Source: Oopsacas minuta
Taxonomy: Eukaryota > Animalia > Porifera
Assembly (NCBI GenBank): GCA_024704765.1
Contig: JAKMXF010000255.1
Location: forward strand, 372,001-436,000
DNA length: 64,000 nucleotides
Direction of reading: 5' to 3'
Part shown: positions 24,601-38,308 of the stretch, in pieces
Layout: every line of letters begins with the position of its first letter
Position numbering within the stretch: the first letter of the stretch is position 1
The notes under the pieces: model-generated
Told to the model about the DNA's origin: nothing
Seen by the model: the letters and a program-made list of their open reading frames with translations, nothing else
Databases searched by the model: none
Program-made: the position numbers and the translations under genes

Positions 24601-25106
24601 CCACAATCAACTCGTAATTAGCAAATGTATTACTTGTAAACCAGTACAAGTAAGATACACCATGTGTAGGATGCACTGGTATTCAATAATACAGCTATTT
24701 TAATATTACATTTTCTAGTGTCTTTGTAGCAAAAAGCCATTGATTGCAGTGTGTATGGATCTGTGGGTATATCATCCTTCATCTTGTCAAGAATATCAAG
24801 ACATAACTCACGTTTGTTCATTCTGTTCAATGCAAGAGCTTTCATCGCCTAAAACACATCTAAATAATTAATATCCAATTTAACTAAACTGATTAAAATA
24901 GAGAAAAATCTTACCATTGCAGATGGAGTCTGTCCATGCTTCTTAACTATCCTATCAATTTGTTGAACAGCCCCTTTGTAGTTAGATTTCTCGATCAGGT
25001 CTATAAACAATTAATTAAGTATCTCTATTAATGGTCCATCAGACTCACCATAAACTGGCTTCAAACGTCTCTCTTGTACCTCACTTTGAGACTTATTCTC
25101 TGCCAT
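15621..25106 (-). CDS. NAA25: N-alpha-acetyltransferase 25, NatB auxiliary subunit (multi-exon)
   Basis: Exon peptides match NAA25/MDM20: MAENKSQSEVQERRLKPVY|DLIEKSNYKGAVQQIDRIVKKH; KALALNRMNK...PTDPYTLQSMAFCYK; NNPYYFWAVMSIVMQ; LIPLAERM; KEYFELFGAKKCWFDDMTLFID; KHLQRDINLLYITRYSG; DNRDLNV; and the C-terminus SSYTTSLEKIGFAIDNRIKLLEQI*. Confidence 0.93.
17740..18224. mobile_element. Internally deleted TIR DNA transposon carrying an OTU-like protease fragment (NAA25 intron)
   Basis: Imperfect inverted repeats of ~90 bp (GTACTGTTGCGTGTCAGAATT... / ...AATTATGACACGCAACAGTAC), flanked by TA. The interior encodes EYIFHSQMDLSKVWGTDIEILALTSILGVDIFI on the + strand. Confidence 0.75.
20583..20919. repeat. 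Perfect 157-bp inverted repeat with a 23-nt spacer, centred on a mini-MITE (NAA25 intron)
   Basis: 20583-20739 is the exact reverse complement of 20763-20919 (checked base by base). The core 20717-20785 is TA-CAGTCAACATCCGTTATCTCGAA...TTCGAGATAACGGATGTTGACTG-TA. Confidence 0.95.
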
Positions 25107-25699
25107 AATAATCGGTAGTAAGCTAGTAACCTAAAATTCAAATTGCTATACAAATTATCGATTACGTAAGACATTGAGACATACAATCAGCTCAACGAAT
25201 ATATTCGTGATCATCAAAATCTTTTAATAATTAACTATTTGTTGGCGAAAAAAGAAAGTTTGCAAAATTGCATTGATGTGTACACTATACATGTAAGTAC
25301 ACGTAGTAACCATCAGCTACCTTGAACCTTCAGGGTAATCAAATCTTTTTGAGACATAAGTGGATGTGAACTGTAAATTGAAAAATAATCAAGCAAAACA
25401 TGAATTTAGGCTAGTCGTGAAACGGAAATGCTCACAGAATGATTTTGTATGGAAAGAGATAGAAATCAGCTCTGGACAACTATGGGGGATAAAATTACAT
25501 TAATAGAGAAATCTGACTTGTTAAATTCACAAATCAAATTGGTAAAATATTTTCACATATCTAATGATAAATTGCCCTACAGAGGTATCAGGTAAATAAC
25601 TAAAATTTCTAAATAACAACATTCTACAGTATTTCTAAATTCAATTCTATCGTAGAGACTGGTTCAGGTCAAATATGTGGATAAGGGAGAAGAGAATGC

Positions 25700-28600
25700 T
25701 CAGACAGTAGCAGCTGCTTGTTGCAGGATCCCCAGCTGTTCAGGAGAAAGTCCAGCTGCGGCTTGTTGTACCTCATTACCAAAGTTCTGATTTAAGTGTT
25801 GCACAGAGAATATAATTAGAGCTCTATCCTCTGTAGTGAGTTTAGAATTAGCAGATAGATCTACTGCGAATACTGCTAGCAAAGCAGGTAGATTAGCTAA
25901 TATAGCAGGAGCAGATACCTGAACTAATTTAGATATACACTCGTAGATGGTCTTGTTCTCCGGGAAATCTTTCTTAAGGGGGAGATTAGAAATGAGGACA
26001 GGGAGGATTTGGTCGAGAGGAACACTCTCAGGAGATGTGAATATCATTCTAGCAACAGCTGCCATTGCATTATCAACTACTCTAGGATCTTGTTCAGGAG
26101 TAAGTAGTGCTGATACATTCTGTAGTATAGTAGGGTAATGAGCTATGACGTCAGGGACAGCATGACAGGCATACATTCCTAATCCAAACACACTGTTGCT
26201 ACGTACTTCATCCTCTGAATCTTTGGTATACTCCAAGAACACAGTTAACATGTTAGGAAATTGAGCTGAGTATTTGTCTAGAGATTCTACACATTCTGCA
26301 AGGACACCGACCATTCCAGATCTGTCTGATACCGTAGCTGTGGGGGTAAATTTCGCGAAAATGTAAGGACTAAATTGTCTAAAATGTTCCACAAAAGCTT
26401 CAGGACCAAGAGCCTTGCCTAGAGCTGGTATAAGATTAGCAGCTGATTCTATGACGGTAGCGTCAACTTCCGCGAGTTCTAGATCTTCGAAATCAAACTC
26501 TTCATCGTCTTCATCTGATTCTTGACAGATAGCTTTCTTCTCTAACACGTCTTGAATGCACTGAGTGATTAGATGTATTTTATGACTGTCTGATACAGAA
26601 GGCTTGCTTACAAACTTCAGCATTTCTTCTAGAGCCTAAAAATAATATTAAATAATTTAGAGTAGTAATTCCTAGTTCAACGATTCGAAAGTATTCTTGC
26701 TAATCAAAGGTTTATTAGACTAAAATATGTAGAAAATTTGAACCTAGAGACAGCGGTTCCCAACTTGGACCCCTTGGTTGTCCACGAATAACAGCAGAGG
26801 GTTGACATTATGTTGCCATATAATAGGAAGTCCACGGATGTAAAGTTTGGAATCACTGCTATAAGATATACAATTACTGATGTTATGCACCTGAATAGCA
26901 GCTAGAACTACAGTGTGTACTGAGTCAGTTCTAATCATACTAGTCATGAGAGGTATACAGCTATCTGCTATCTTCTTCAGAGCTTTCTCACAGTCTCCTA
27001 CTTGGTACTCATTCATAACATCATTCAGACTGTGAGCTAATTTAGCAAGAGTTGTAACAGATGCCTTACGTACTCCCTCTCCTGGATGCTCACTCATCTT
27101 AGTCATCTCGTTAAAACTCATTTCAAAGTAAGGAAGGAACTCTTTGCCAGTATGTTCTGCAATCTGAAGACATATGTAGTGATTATTATGAGATCGCAAT
27201 TATTCTAGGTATATTCTAGCACATCATATGATATGTAATTTATAAATATTTAAACCAAAATAGATGATGTAGGTGAAAAATTTCGAAAAATAGTGTAGGT
27301 ATAGCAAGTAAAGAGAAATTATAGAATTCAGGATATTTATGATTATCATATTATTCGTAAAATATACTCAGTGAAAGAGTGAATAATATATGACCTAAGC
27401 GGTGACACAATCTCACATACAGTGATTCGTCTGAAAGTAGCTCAGTTTGTTGAATAAATTCTTATGTTGATGGTAATATGGTAAGATATGTGTAAAGAGA
27501 GATAACTGGCCTTGCAAGGACTGTATTAAAGTACAATGCATTATTGAGTTGTTTTTGTTACAAAATACAGTAGCAACATAAGTAGTGCTAACTGCTATAT
27601 ACTGATTAGATTAGTCCAACATTCACCATCTGTCCAGGAAAGTAATTATAGTTATTTTCTAATTTCAAAACAAGTTTATAGCATTGAGATGTTTATTCAA
27701 GATAAGTAATTAACGTAATTAGATCTCTAGGTAATTAAGGCGGTACTCAATAATACAGATGTCTAAATTAGTGCAAATAGCTAATTTAAGGAAGGTCTGG
27801 AAAATTAATGTAGAGGAGCATATTTGAACAGATTTGTACATAACTCCAGCATAGTTAGTTGTTAGGGTACATTTAGAGGAATGATATCTTCTCGATCCTC
27901 CCCTTTACATAATTTATAGATGATTAACTACAGTAATGAACCTGAAATATGTAGTTAGTACATAAATACAAACAAATATTATTTAGATAATCTGCAAATA
28001 TTTCTTACCTCATCTATCCTGTCAATAAACCATATAATTTTCCAATAATAAAAAGTGTTCGATAATCGCGATTATAGAATGGATCTGCGTAAAACAGCTA
28101 CAATTTAATCAGGGCCACTACTGAACTACAAGAATACGACATAGCGTAGCAATCCCTATGAAATACAAAGTTCATGTGATTACCATCATGGCTTAGATGG
28201 GTGTGGGTATGTGAATACTGCTAGTTAAGCCTTATGGAAATTTCATTTATTCAAACAATTACGAACCATTGATACAAGTTCGATTCGTTGAATGTTGCAA
28301 GATTTCTTATATGACATCAAACTATTCTTACAAGAAATACGTCTAATTCATTCTTATTACCATTTATCCATTAAATGTCATGCTTATGCGACAGAAACCA
28401 TTGCAGAGATGCTATAATTAATCTTCGTCAATGGTGGATCTGATAAGACATTCAGTATAGCATAGGATTACGTCCATAACTTGAAGTATCATTTACAAGA
28501 CACATTCATGTACCCTTGTGTTATCCCATATTTGTAAAATGAATAAGATAAACAAAAAATGTGTTACATAATACAGCAGACAAAATGTACAAACTGCCCT

Positions 28601-31600
28601 GTAGAATGTAGATTTGGTAAACTAATCAAGCGAAAATACTGTATGGGTAAGTTAAAAATTTATATTCTATCATCTTACCTCTCCCAGAGCATTGCAAGTA
28701 TCTTCCAGCTCCTCCAGATATGAATTAAGCATACCTAGATTTAGCTCTCCATCTGATCCATTCTCATCTTCTCCATTCAAATCATCAATAACCTCAAATT
28801 CATCAAAATCTTCAAAAGTGAATGGACCCTCATCTTCTCCAATATTCGATAAGGAAGCAAACGCATCAGCAGAAGAAAGACTAGTAATCATGTGTGTAAC
28901 AATCTCTTGTAGTTTAGGAGCAATACTCTCTCCAATAACCACACTAACAGCTGCGAATAAACCGAATATAGATCTACGCAGATCAGGGTCATTAATATCC
29001 TTCAGCAGTCTGAGTCCTAACTCTAAACACTCCTCAGATAGTTGTATAAAGTGTTCCTTCCCTACTGTCCTAGCCAATACTGCTAGAGTATCAATTGTTT
29101 GTGCATGTATTAGTGTATTATCTTCTGTAGGAGGGATTGAGAGTACTGCTCGGAAGAACTCCATTATCTACAAGGCAGTGAAAGTAGATTCAACAATGTG
29201 ATAGAACAGAGGTTTCCTTAGTGGTCTACGGAAGACACCAGGGGGTCCACGGGTGAAATAATTGGGAACCGCTGTGTGTAATAGAATAGTTATTATACCT
29301 TTTGGAAGTATGGGAGTATCTTTTGCTTAGCAGCATTAGCCGTTGCTCCAATACAACTTATAACTAACTCTTTTAGACTATCAGTCTCAGCAGAACTGAG
29401 TAATGCTAATAAAGTTTCCATTAAGGTAGGTAGGAATGTGTCAACTTGCTGCTCGCAGTACTCTCCCAGAGATGAATCCATTTCATCTGAACAACCCAGA
29501 TTCTCTACGGTATACTCTAGTGCTACGAATGTACGCATTATCCAGGATTTCTCATCTTTCTCTCTGGCTTTTGTTAATTTCAGATATTCCAACAAGATAG
29601 GCAGTACCTACCAAATATGTGAATTAATCAGTCAAAGTAATTCAGAGTCTATTTAAGGAATAGAGATAACACAGTAAAACCCGTTATATCTAACACGGAT
29701 ATATCAAAATACTGCTTATCTTGGGTCTGAAATTGTACGAATAAGTTATATCGAAAAAATTATCGCGTTCCCTTGAGCTTCAATATAAAGGGAATTGACT
29801 GTATCAGCAAGTTCGTGAAGAGGGCATATCCAAGGAAAAAAGCAGCAAAATTAAAGTTGAAAAATCACCAAGTGATCAACCTCAATACAGATAACAATAC
29901 AACATACCTGCCCTGAATATTTAGAAACATCTGGTTGTAGATTGAGAGAGAACTGACCCAGAGCAAATAGAGCTGCTTTCTGCACTACAAGCTCCTGATC
30001 AGCTAGACCCTGACATACACAAGTAAGTGCAGGAGCCAAGTAGTTATTCCTCACATACTCAGAACAACCTTCACTCATTACTCCCATTGCTGTCAGACCT
30101 GCTTTACGCTGCCAAGCATTTCCTGACGCTAATAAAGGCTCTAAAATAGCAAGAGATGGAGTGAATATCTTCTCAGGAGGTAGAAACAGAGATAAACTGT
30201 CTAGAACCTGTGCTGCTACAGAACTAGGATGTTGTGTCTCTTCTCCCGTGATTTCCTCCTCTTCTTTTGTAAGTGGTGTAGCTATCAGTGGGAATAGTAC
30301 AGAGAGTATGTCAGGGAGCAGATTTAGTTTAAGGAGAACTTTCTTCTTTGTAGATATTAACCATGATATGAGACTAAGTGCTCTTGTACGAGTTATATCC
30401 TTTAGCTTTTCATTGCTAGACATCTACAAGAAAACAGCATTAAATATACAATAGTAAAATATCGTATTACCTCGAATATTATCCGGGGCGATTATTAATT
30501 TCAATCCCCCTTGAGAGGGAAGTTTCGATTTTTAATTTGATATAAAATTAAAAATCGAAGAATAACAATTATATTATATGGCAGTTATTTTTGTAAAGTT
30601 ATCCGGGAATTGTTCGTATTAACGAGTTCCATGGTACAATAGATATAATATGTTATAAAAATTATACCTGTAGTGTGAATCTTAGAAAATTGGGAAGATG
30701 AGAAGATATAATATTCATTTCACAGTCTAGAATCTCTTCAAACACTTCCATAGCCTCCTGTGCTTCTGTCTCAGCTTCTTCTGTTATCAGCTGTTCAACT
30801 GATTGGATCAGAGAAGGGAACATAGCCTTGAGAGTAGGGGCATGTTGTTCCTTAAGGAATGGGATTAGATAAATGAGACATTTAAACACGTTAATTCTGA
30901 CTTCTAACGTAGGATCTGACAGTAGATTGTGACATAAGGTTATAAGGTTAGCATGATGGGCTTCCATCTCACAACCAGCTTCTGAGATTACTATGCTTAA
31001 GATAGACATCCCTAGCTCTCTCTGCTTCGGTTCTTGACTCATACACCATTCCTATGTGATTAAAATATTACAGAATACGTATCTTTATTGTGAATATATA
31101 GTTTTCACATATTTCTGTATATTATAAGTCGGTTATAAGAACATGCATTGCTACGCCTATGAGGGTTCTTATAACCAGCATCCACTGTATCTTAATATGT
31201 AAATAATTGGCATAAGCTATCTCTAAAATACAAATTGGGAAATAATCAATTGAGATCCTGTTTGATTTATGCGCAAAATAACTCTTGTATCAGAGAATCT
31301 ATTAATTTCCATGCCATATACGTGCAACTATTCATCGTTTATGATTCCGACTATTCTCTATATAACTGACATTAAATTAAATATTCAGGTGATGCAAATG
31401 GGACATTGGAATTACTGTTGAATGATCGTGTACTGATATTTAGTCAGAGTCTATGGAATAGCATCTGAGAGGAAGTATCTCTGAAAGCGTATGACAATTA
31501 TATTAATTCCGTTTCGTAGTGTATTTCACTCTCTTACACGTTTTTAGAAAGCTTCAGCTATGTAAGGCCATAAGAGTTGAGTTATTTATCCATGAGTTAG

Positions 31601-34600
31601 ATGGAGGGAATATTGTGCTACGTATGAGTCAAATTCACAATTATCGCATTTAATAGTCATGGAAATGCTTGACAATTTAACCCAAGAGTATCAACTTAGG
31701 AAAGACCATGGTATCACTTTCCACGGGCGTTTATCCCTCATTCGCGGTAATAGGACACAAATTTCCAATTTCAAAATTTCAACGAAAATCCTTGAAATCG
31801 TACACATAAAAAGACATACTCACTCTTAGACATATACCATTGTCTACATTCTACAGTGATCTCATAAACCAAATTGACTATCAAAAAATATTGGAATTTT
31901 GTTATTGAATACCCCGGATCTATGTGGGATATGAGTTCAATTCGCTTCCCACAAATTATGAATGAGAAAATGATAGTGGGAGTGTAAATATGACATATAC
32001 TAGCCTATACACTGACTCCATTAACTTACGTATAATGGTGAACTGAGACATAATGGAGCTCTACTAAAACACAAGTAGGGACACTGATTATAGTAGATAA
32101 AATATCGAAAGATAAATTGAAAATATCAGGCAATTGTAAGGTCAAATAGTAAGTTAATATCTATAATTGTGTCAATTTTGTGATTATCCGAACAATACTA
32201 TTATTGTCTAACTAAACAGTCTTCATTTACGTACTACACTGTGTTTCAGTTCACTTTTATCGTAGGGGGAGGCCTTAAACAAGTAGATATTAGCTCTAGA
32301 ATAGCAATCTAAAGATGATAACAAATAAATGAAAACTTCTGATTAGATAAATTGCTTGATATTTAATACACCAACACATTACGAATGTTGTATATAAGAT
32401 AGAAATGTCAAAAACACCTGTATGCGATTGCATCTCCGCACTTAATGAATATGCTCAATAGCATTTATTGCCCCTCTATAATGGATATTTTCAAATAATT
32501 ATCTCTGCTCAAGCTAGCTGTATACGATGTATAATACACAACGTGGACAATATAACACCCTTATCAATAATATAATTATAGATTACGTAAGGTTAGTCAC
32601 GGTTTCAATAAAAATAATATGTAGAATGATTAAAATCATCACAGGATTTCCCAACACTACTACTAAATATAGACATTAGAAAGTTACTCATAACAAACAA
32701 CAAATGTTACTATTTGCTTAGTAATATGAGTTGAATCATTGTACATAGTAAATATTCTACAATACTAATCCTGGTGATTTTGTCACAAGTTAATATATTA
32801 AATATAAGTGGAAACTTTTACCTCAAAAGAAATAATTATACAAATATTGACATTGAAACTCTTAGCACGCGATCTTATCAATGTTACCTACAAAAACAGA
32901 TAATTGTGTAACTGAATTCTGTAACTGGGAAGTTTCTTAATTTCGCTATATTTCTGGATATTTTTGGGTATAATAGCTATTTGGGGAACGTGAAATCCAG
33001 GGAAATTACTCACAAGAGCAAGTAAGTACGTAGAAGGCAAGATTTTGGATTGTTCCATATCTTTTCATTGACAAATCTAAGTAATGAAATTTAACTATTC
33101 TATTGAAATATATCGGGGTTAGCATGTGAATGTTCATGCAGAACTAATGGACACATAATGAATGATACATTGCTGATGTAATTTATCACATGGATTAAGT
33201 CAAACAATACACTGGAGCAATGAACCAGTATACTGATAGAAGCAGCTACACAAATCTACCTGATAAGAGTAGCTAGCATCAAAGTATAAACTCTAATGGC
33301 GAAACGAAGACGTATTATGCATGTTCGTTATTATGAGATATAAAATTAACGAGTAGAATTGACTTAGTGAAGATTCGCTATAATCAAATGTCAAACATTT
33401 GATTATATGGGAAAGCCAAAACAAAGTAAAACGAGATTTCACACAATACAACTGCGAGTATATCACCACTACTTCTACGAATTGTTAATAAGAAGTAACA
33501 ACATGTAACAGATAATGAATATGGCTTTGGAGAAGCAAAATAAGTAAAATTTGAGAGCTAGAATTAATACAGATCTATATTAACAAATGATATCATCCTG
33601 TTGACTAATTGATTTAGCCGCTATCAAAGATATGCGATATGTAACTTATTGGGAAAAATAGATAATTAAGGAAATTACTGGTTGGGCATAATTGGGTTCC
33701 CTGATAAATTAATTGCACACAGCAGTTCAGGTGTAATTACTTGTTAATAAGCTGATATCTATACTTAATTCAATTTCCAGACTGTTTTGATACAAGTCAT
33801 TGAGGATTAATATTGAGGCATGTGATTGGATTAATTCATGATTAATCTGCCTCCAATCTATATTATAATGTATAAAGTTCATAATACACCTACACTCTGA
33901 GTAAAGATGATATTAATGTAGATATTACACTGCTATTATGATTAATAGAATATTCTCATTAATATCTCACCAATAAATGTTGAGGTAACATAGTATAAGG
34001 ATCGGTCCGTAGAGATCTATGTCACATCCGGTTCTGGAAAAAATGGCCAAATTTAGCGGGAGTTACGTATTACTATATTCTATAATATAAACTTGATGAA
34101 TTACGCCATAACCATGTATAAACAGTGTTTCAATAGCTTCAGGCCGTATTTCTTTATAGCAGGAAGCCAGCTACATTATCATCTGAATGAATACAAAAGT
34201 TTGAACGAGTGCATTACTACAAATACCAGTCAGTGCACTTCCAACCTGACAAGATCATCAGTCAAATAATACAAGAATACAATGTACTATAGTGGGGGTT
34301 TAATGTCGTACGTATAAAGGCAGGTTTCATAATTATTCCAATGATCAAGGTAAATATAATAACAAAACGCAATATTGTAAAGATATTTAATTACCTGCAG
34401 TAATTGTAGTATTTCTGGCCATTGGTTAGCCGGTATATCCGTCTTACCAATCTCTCCTATGAGTTGTGCTATAGATCTTCTGACAAAATGGATCTGTTCA
34501 TTTATGAGAGCTTGTATCAATGTAACTTTGAGTAAATTCTTTTCATCTTGAGGCAGTTTTGACCAGAATTTCTGTAATTTCTTTCTAATGAGAATAGAGG

Positions 34601-34763
34601 CGTGTTGACGGACCTGTGAATTAGGACTGTTTTGCATAAGACTACATAATTCTACAATTATCTTAGGATCTTTGTATAGCTCTATCAATTGTTTGCTAGC
34701 TTCCTGTATCACTGCTGTATCAGGAACCAATAGGTTCTCTAATACTCGTTCTAATCCAGACAT
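25700..34763 (-). CDS. IPO4: Importin-4 (karyopherin-beta family; multi-exon)
   Basis: IBN_N start MSGLERVLENLLVPDTAVIQEASKQL...QVRQHASILIRKK and HEAT repeats throughout. Other hallmarks: WQRKAGLTAMGVMSEGC, VVQKAALFALGQFS, ELVISCIGATANAA, QTIDTLAVLARTVG, an acidic loop, and DEVRSNSVFGLG...RVVDNAMAAVARMI...LPLKKDFPEN. The first intron is ~3.3 kb (34394 down to ~31060). Confidence 0.93.
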
Positions 34764-37255
34764 CTAACAGATCAGATAGGAGTAATATAGTACGGTGTAA
34801 TCGGACAACAATACATGAAATACAGATAGTGTGATTGATAATGTTAGATGGTGTGGTATTGTGCGACACGTAGTACTAAGATTATTATTCTGATGGAATT
34901 GCAGGAAGTTTCGGCGCAAAAATCCTTTTCCCTATACAATACATTCTATCCTGATTCAGATACCATATACGTAATGGACAAATTTTAGAAAAATAGTTTC
35001 CCAAATCTGTATAGTAAGGTATTATACACATGGGAAGGTGCTATATACTAAAACTGATTATATCATTGAAGTAATGCTATTCGTTAGTTACATTCAAATA
35101 ATTAAACTACAAACTAATCAGGATAGGTATCTATATATACAATGAGGTAAACTAAAAATACAAATCAAGGTAGGAGTGTTAATTAAGATCTCAATTACTA
35201 TAATTATTCACATTTAATGAAAACTCCTAGTGTAGAAGAATGAAATAGAAGATATACACCAATTTGTAATAGTGGGAACTGGGAAGTGCTTATTTCTGAT
35301 GATAGATTATCAAGGTTATGCAGTTGGCTATGCTTGGTGTTCATATTGACGAGGTTACACTGCTTAATTATGGTATGCTGGATATGATATGAATTTTGTA
35401 TTGCATAGAGACAAAACATTCCTGAATATTTCCATTGCCTAGTACCATATTGCCAACAATTACTGCCAGCAAACTAACGAAATGCTTCGTTCAAAAAAAT
35501 ACAGCGGGAGCTGTCCTGATATAATATCTAAGGATTCATATCACTTTTCAAAAGCGACAATAGTCGTTAAATATTAAACAATTAAGATGAGGTCACAGAC
35601 GGGTACAATTAGAAGATGTAGTATCCGGAACTAAACTAAACAGTAATCAATAATTGTACAATATTTCCTGAGAATTAAATGTTTAGAGAAAATGTCTCAA
35701 TATGAAACTAAGATAGGAAATGTATTATTGCTTAACTCCAATTATTTAATAACGTGTCTAGCCACAATAGATATTGTGATTGAAGAATAATGGCTTCGAG
35801 ATCGATTGTCACCAACATTGCGAAATAAGACCAAATATCATATTTACCTGGCTTCAAATCCCAACTGATAATTGTAAAATTAACTGATAATAAGAATTCT
35901 AGTAAATAATGTGGTAGCTAGCCATTCCACTCATAGACGTATTTGTATCTACATAAATACTGGTTTGGCTCCAGTATCTACCCTGAGCCAGTGAGTTAGA
36001 ATTCCAGTTCTTAATAACATTAATTTAATCCCGAGTTACGGTGATAAATTTCGGTCCCAAGGGTGACTGGAATTTTGAGGTTCCAGGGTATTAAATTTGA
36101 TGTAAATAACCAAAAATCATTTCTATTTATTGATCTCAAATATGTAGTGCAATTCATGAAAATGTCTAAATAATGAATTATACAAAAAGTGAGGAATAAT
36201 TGCAGTTAAATAGTAGTTTATTCATGGATAGCACATAATTAACTAGCGAATTATCGTAATAAATAGGTAATGATATCGGGATTGAACATAATTGAAACAA
36301 TTGTCTAACATCTTTTCGGGCTTGTGGATGTTCCATCATTTTAGAAGATCCCACACAATATGATACCCTTCAATGCTTCTTAATCGTTAAGACTTCTGAT
36401 AAGAAATTCTGGATGAGGTGAACCAATATTACGCAGTGCATTGATGCAGGGTAAACTTAAATAACCGCAAATAACCATTGAATCTAATAAATATGATGCA
36501 ACAAAGTTACACAATAAGACAACCAAACATGGATTAAGGTATTTACACTAGATAAAAATAGTATAGGAATAAAACTTAATCCGAAATCTGTTTCTAATTG
36601 TGAACATGCTACACAAAAGGTTAAACGATATCAGGCGCTAAAATATCTCTTCAGTAGTAATTCCTTTGTATCGTTTAAAGAATTAATTAACACTTTGTTA
36701 GAGAGGATAGTATAATAACATGGGCAGTGGCGTAACTAAGGTTTGGGGGGCCCTGGTTCAAAATTATGGGCGATGCCCCATCAGTTCAAACTCAAATTCA
36801 AAATTTTCAGGAGTTTCAGAGCTTTTAAATTTTTCCCAACTAATTTGTCAGAATCAAATGTATAGCTTTTACGAATTCCACACTGTAGTACATTGTATTC
36901 TTGTATAATCCCTTAGCAAATACAATTGTAGGAAATGAAAATTATTACGTCCTAACTGAAGTATGACTTATCAGGATATTCTTCTTTACAATTAGTTCAA
37001 GAATTGATAACCCGTTTTGGGAGAAGTACCTACCATCCGAGTTCTACAATAAGTCCCATTAAGTTCATATTAAGCAAGTCTACAGTTTATGAGTATCGAG
37101 TAGAGATTAGTAAAGTTGGAAAGAAGTATTGGCTTTCATTACAAGTCAACTTGTAACAACAAACAAGACAAATATTAAACTATCAATTGAATGAACATAG
37201 CCTAACAATAAAATACTAGAATAATTTAGATAAAAACACGTATTCTCTTGTGGGA

Positions 37256-38308
37256 TTAGATATGATTGGCACTTCGCTGATAGTGACCAGGTAAAGGAAG
37301 ATCTCTGTAGTGTGGATCTGTTACACTTTGAGCAAGAATCTTCATAGAAGTGTGAATATCGTCAAGATTTATGTGCTCAACCTTTAGGTCATTTACTCTA
37401 TCGTGTAGGGGGGAGTGTGCGAAGCTTATTGGCATAGAACGGGAGACATGTGCTAGGTTCTCGACTGAGGAGGTTTCACTTCTGGAATCAGAATCTTCGT
37501 CCTCATCACTGCTTTCTAAGAAGTGTGGGCGTGTATTGTCGGTTGAGAATCCATCGAGTTCGAATGGGAGGTCATCACTATCACTGAGTAAAGGTAGCTG
37601 AGTGTTGGGAAATCCAGTTTTAGGAGAATCAGGAGAGATTTGTTGAGGAGAATTCTCAGGAGGAGAGAGCGACAAAGGACTGACTTGAATTGATTCTGTT
37701 TCAATGTTTGAGATTACATGTTTGAAGTCACTCCATGCTCGTCGTTCTAGGGCAGAAATACGTTTGGCCTCCTTCTCGTTGAAATCCTTTAGTTTTTCAT
37801 CAGATTCATGTTTAGCTTGGGTTATGAATTCGCTAACTCGGTGTCTCAAAACTTCAATTACTTCTATGTCGTGGTCAGGGACCATTCTGATTTGAGGATT
37901 AGATCTGATTACGATTCCGAATGCTGGTGAAAGGTCATTACAATCGCTAAGGCCTCGGATAATTTCAGGATTGTACGTTAGTTTGTTGAGGACGTATAGA
38001 GAGGCAGTGTGTCGGGTTTTGTCAAACATGTAACAATCCGTGTGACAGTTGAGACATCGTACAACTACCCAGTTACCGAGTTTTTGGATGCCAGTTAGTG
38101 AGTCAACTCGTATGATGGTTTTGGTGGGGCTCACATCTAGTTGAATGAGTTTTGATGAGAAGATATGATTTTCCTTTTCGGAGACAAGCGAATGAAGCGT
38201 GTTGTAATCTCTCTCAGGCAGGAGCTGGGTGTGGAAGAAAGGCTCCGGGAGAATTTCCCTCTCGACTGGGATCTGAACGTTCAAGCAGTTGCAAGATAGA
38301 AGAGACAT
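37256..38308 (-). CDS. AKT1S1: PRAS40/AKT1S1 (Lobe-like) mTORC1 regulator; intronless
   Basis: The C-terminal third aligns with PRAS40: TOS-like FELDG followed by PHFLESSDEDE (human FVMDE...PPFCESD); SRSMPISF (human AKSLPVSV); NLDDIHTSMKILA (human DLDRIAASMRAL); and RDLPLP (human GDLPRP). The N-terminus has the CxCLNV...CxxC pattern of invertebrate forms. Confidence 0.72.
   Translation of the reverse strand: MSLLSCNCLNVQIPVEREILPEPFFHTQLLPERDYNTLHSLVSEKENHIFSSKLIQLDVSPTKTIIRVDSLTGIQKLGNWVVVRCLNCHTDCYMFDKTRHTASLYVLNKLTYNPEIIRGLSDCNDLSPAFGIVIRSNPQIRMVPDHDIEVIEVLRHRVSEFITQAKHESDEKLKDFNEKEAKRISALERRAWSDFKHVISNIETESIQVSPLSLSPPENSPQQISPDSPKTGFPNTQLPLLSDSDDLPFELDGFSTDNTRPHFLESSDEDEDSDSRSETSSVENLAHVSRSMPISFAHSPLHDRVNDLKVEHINLDDIHTSMKILAQSVTDPHYRDLPLPGHYQRSANHI

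Noticed and set aside
35204-35419. 71-aa ORF between IPO4 and the PRAS40-like gene
   Set aside because: No motif or splice support; composition is consistent with a chance ORF.
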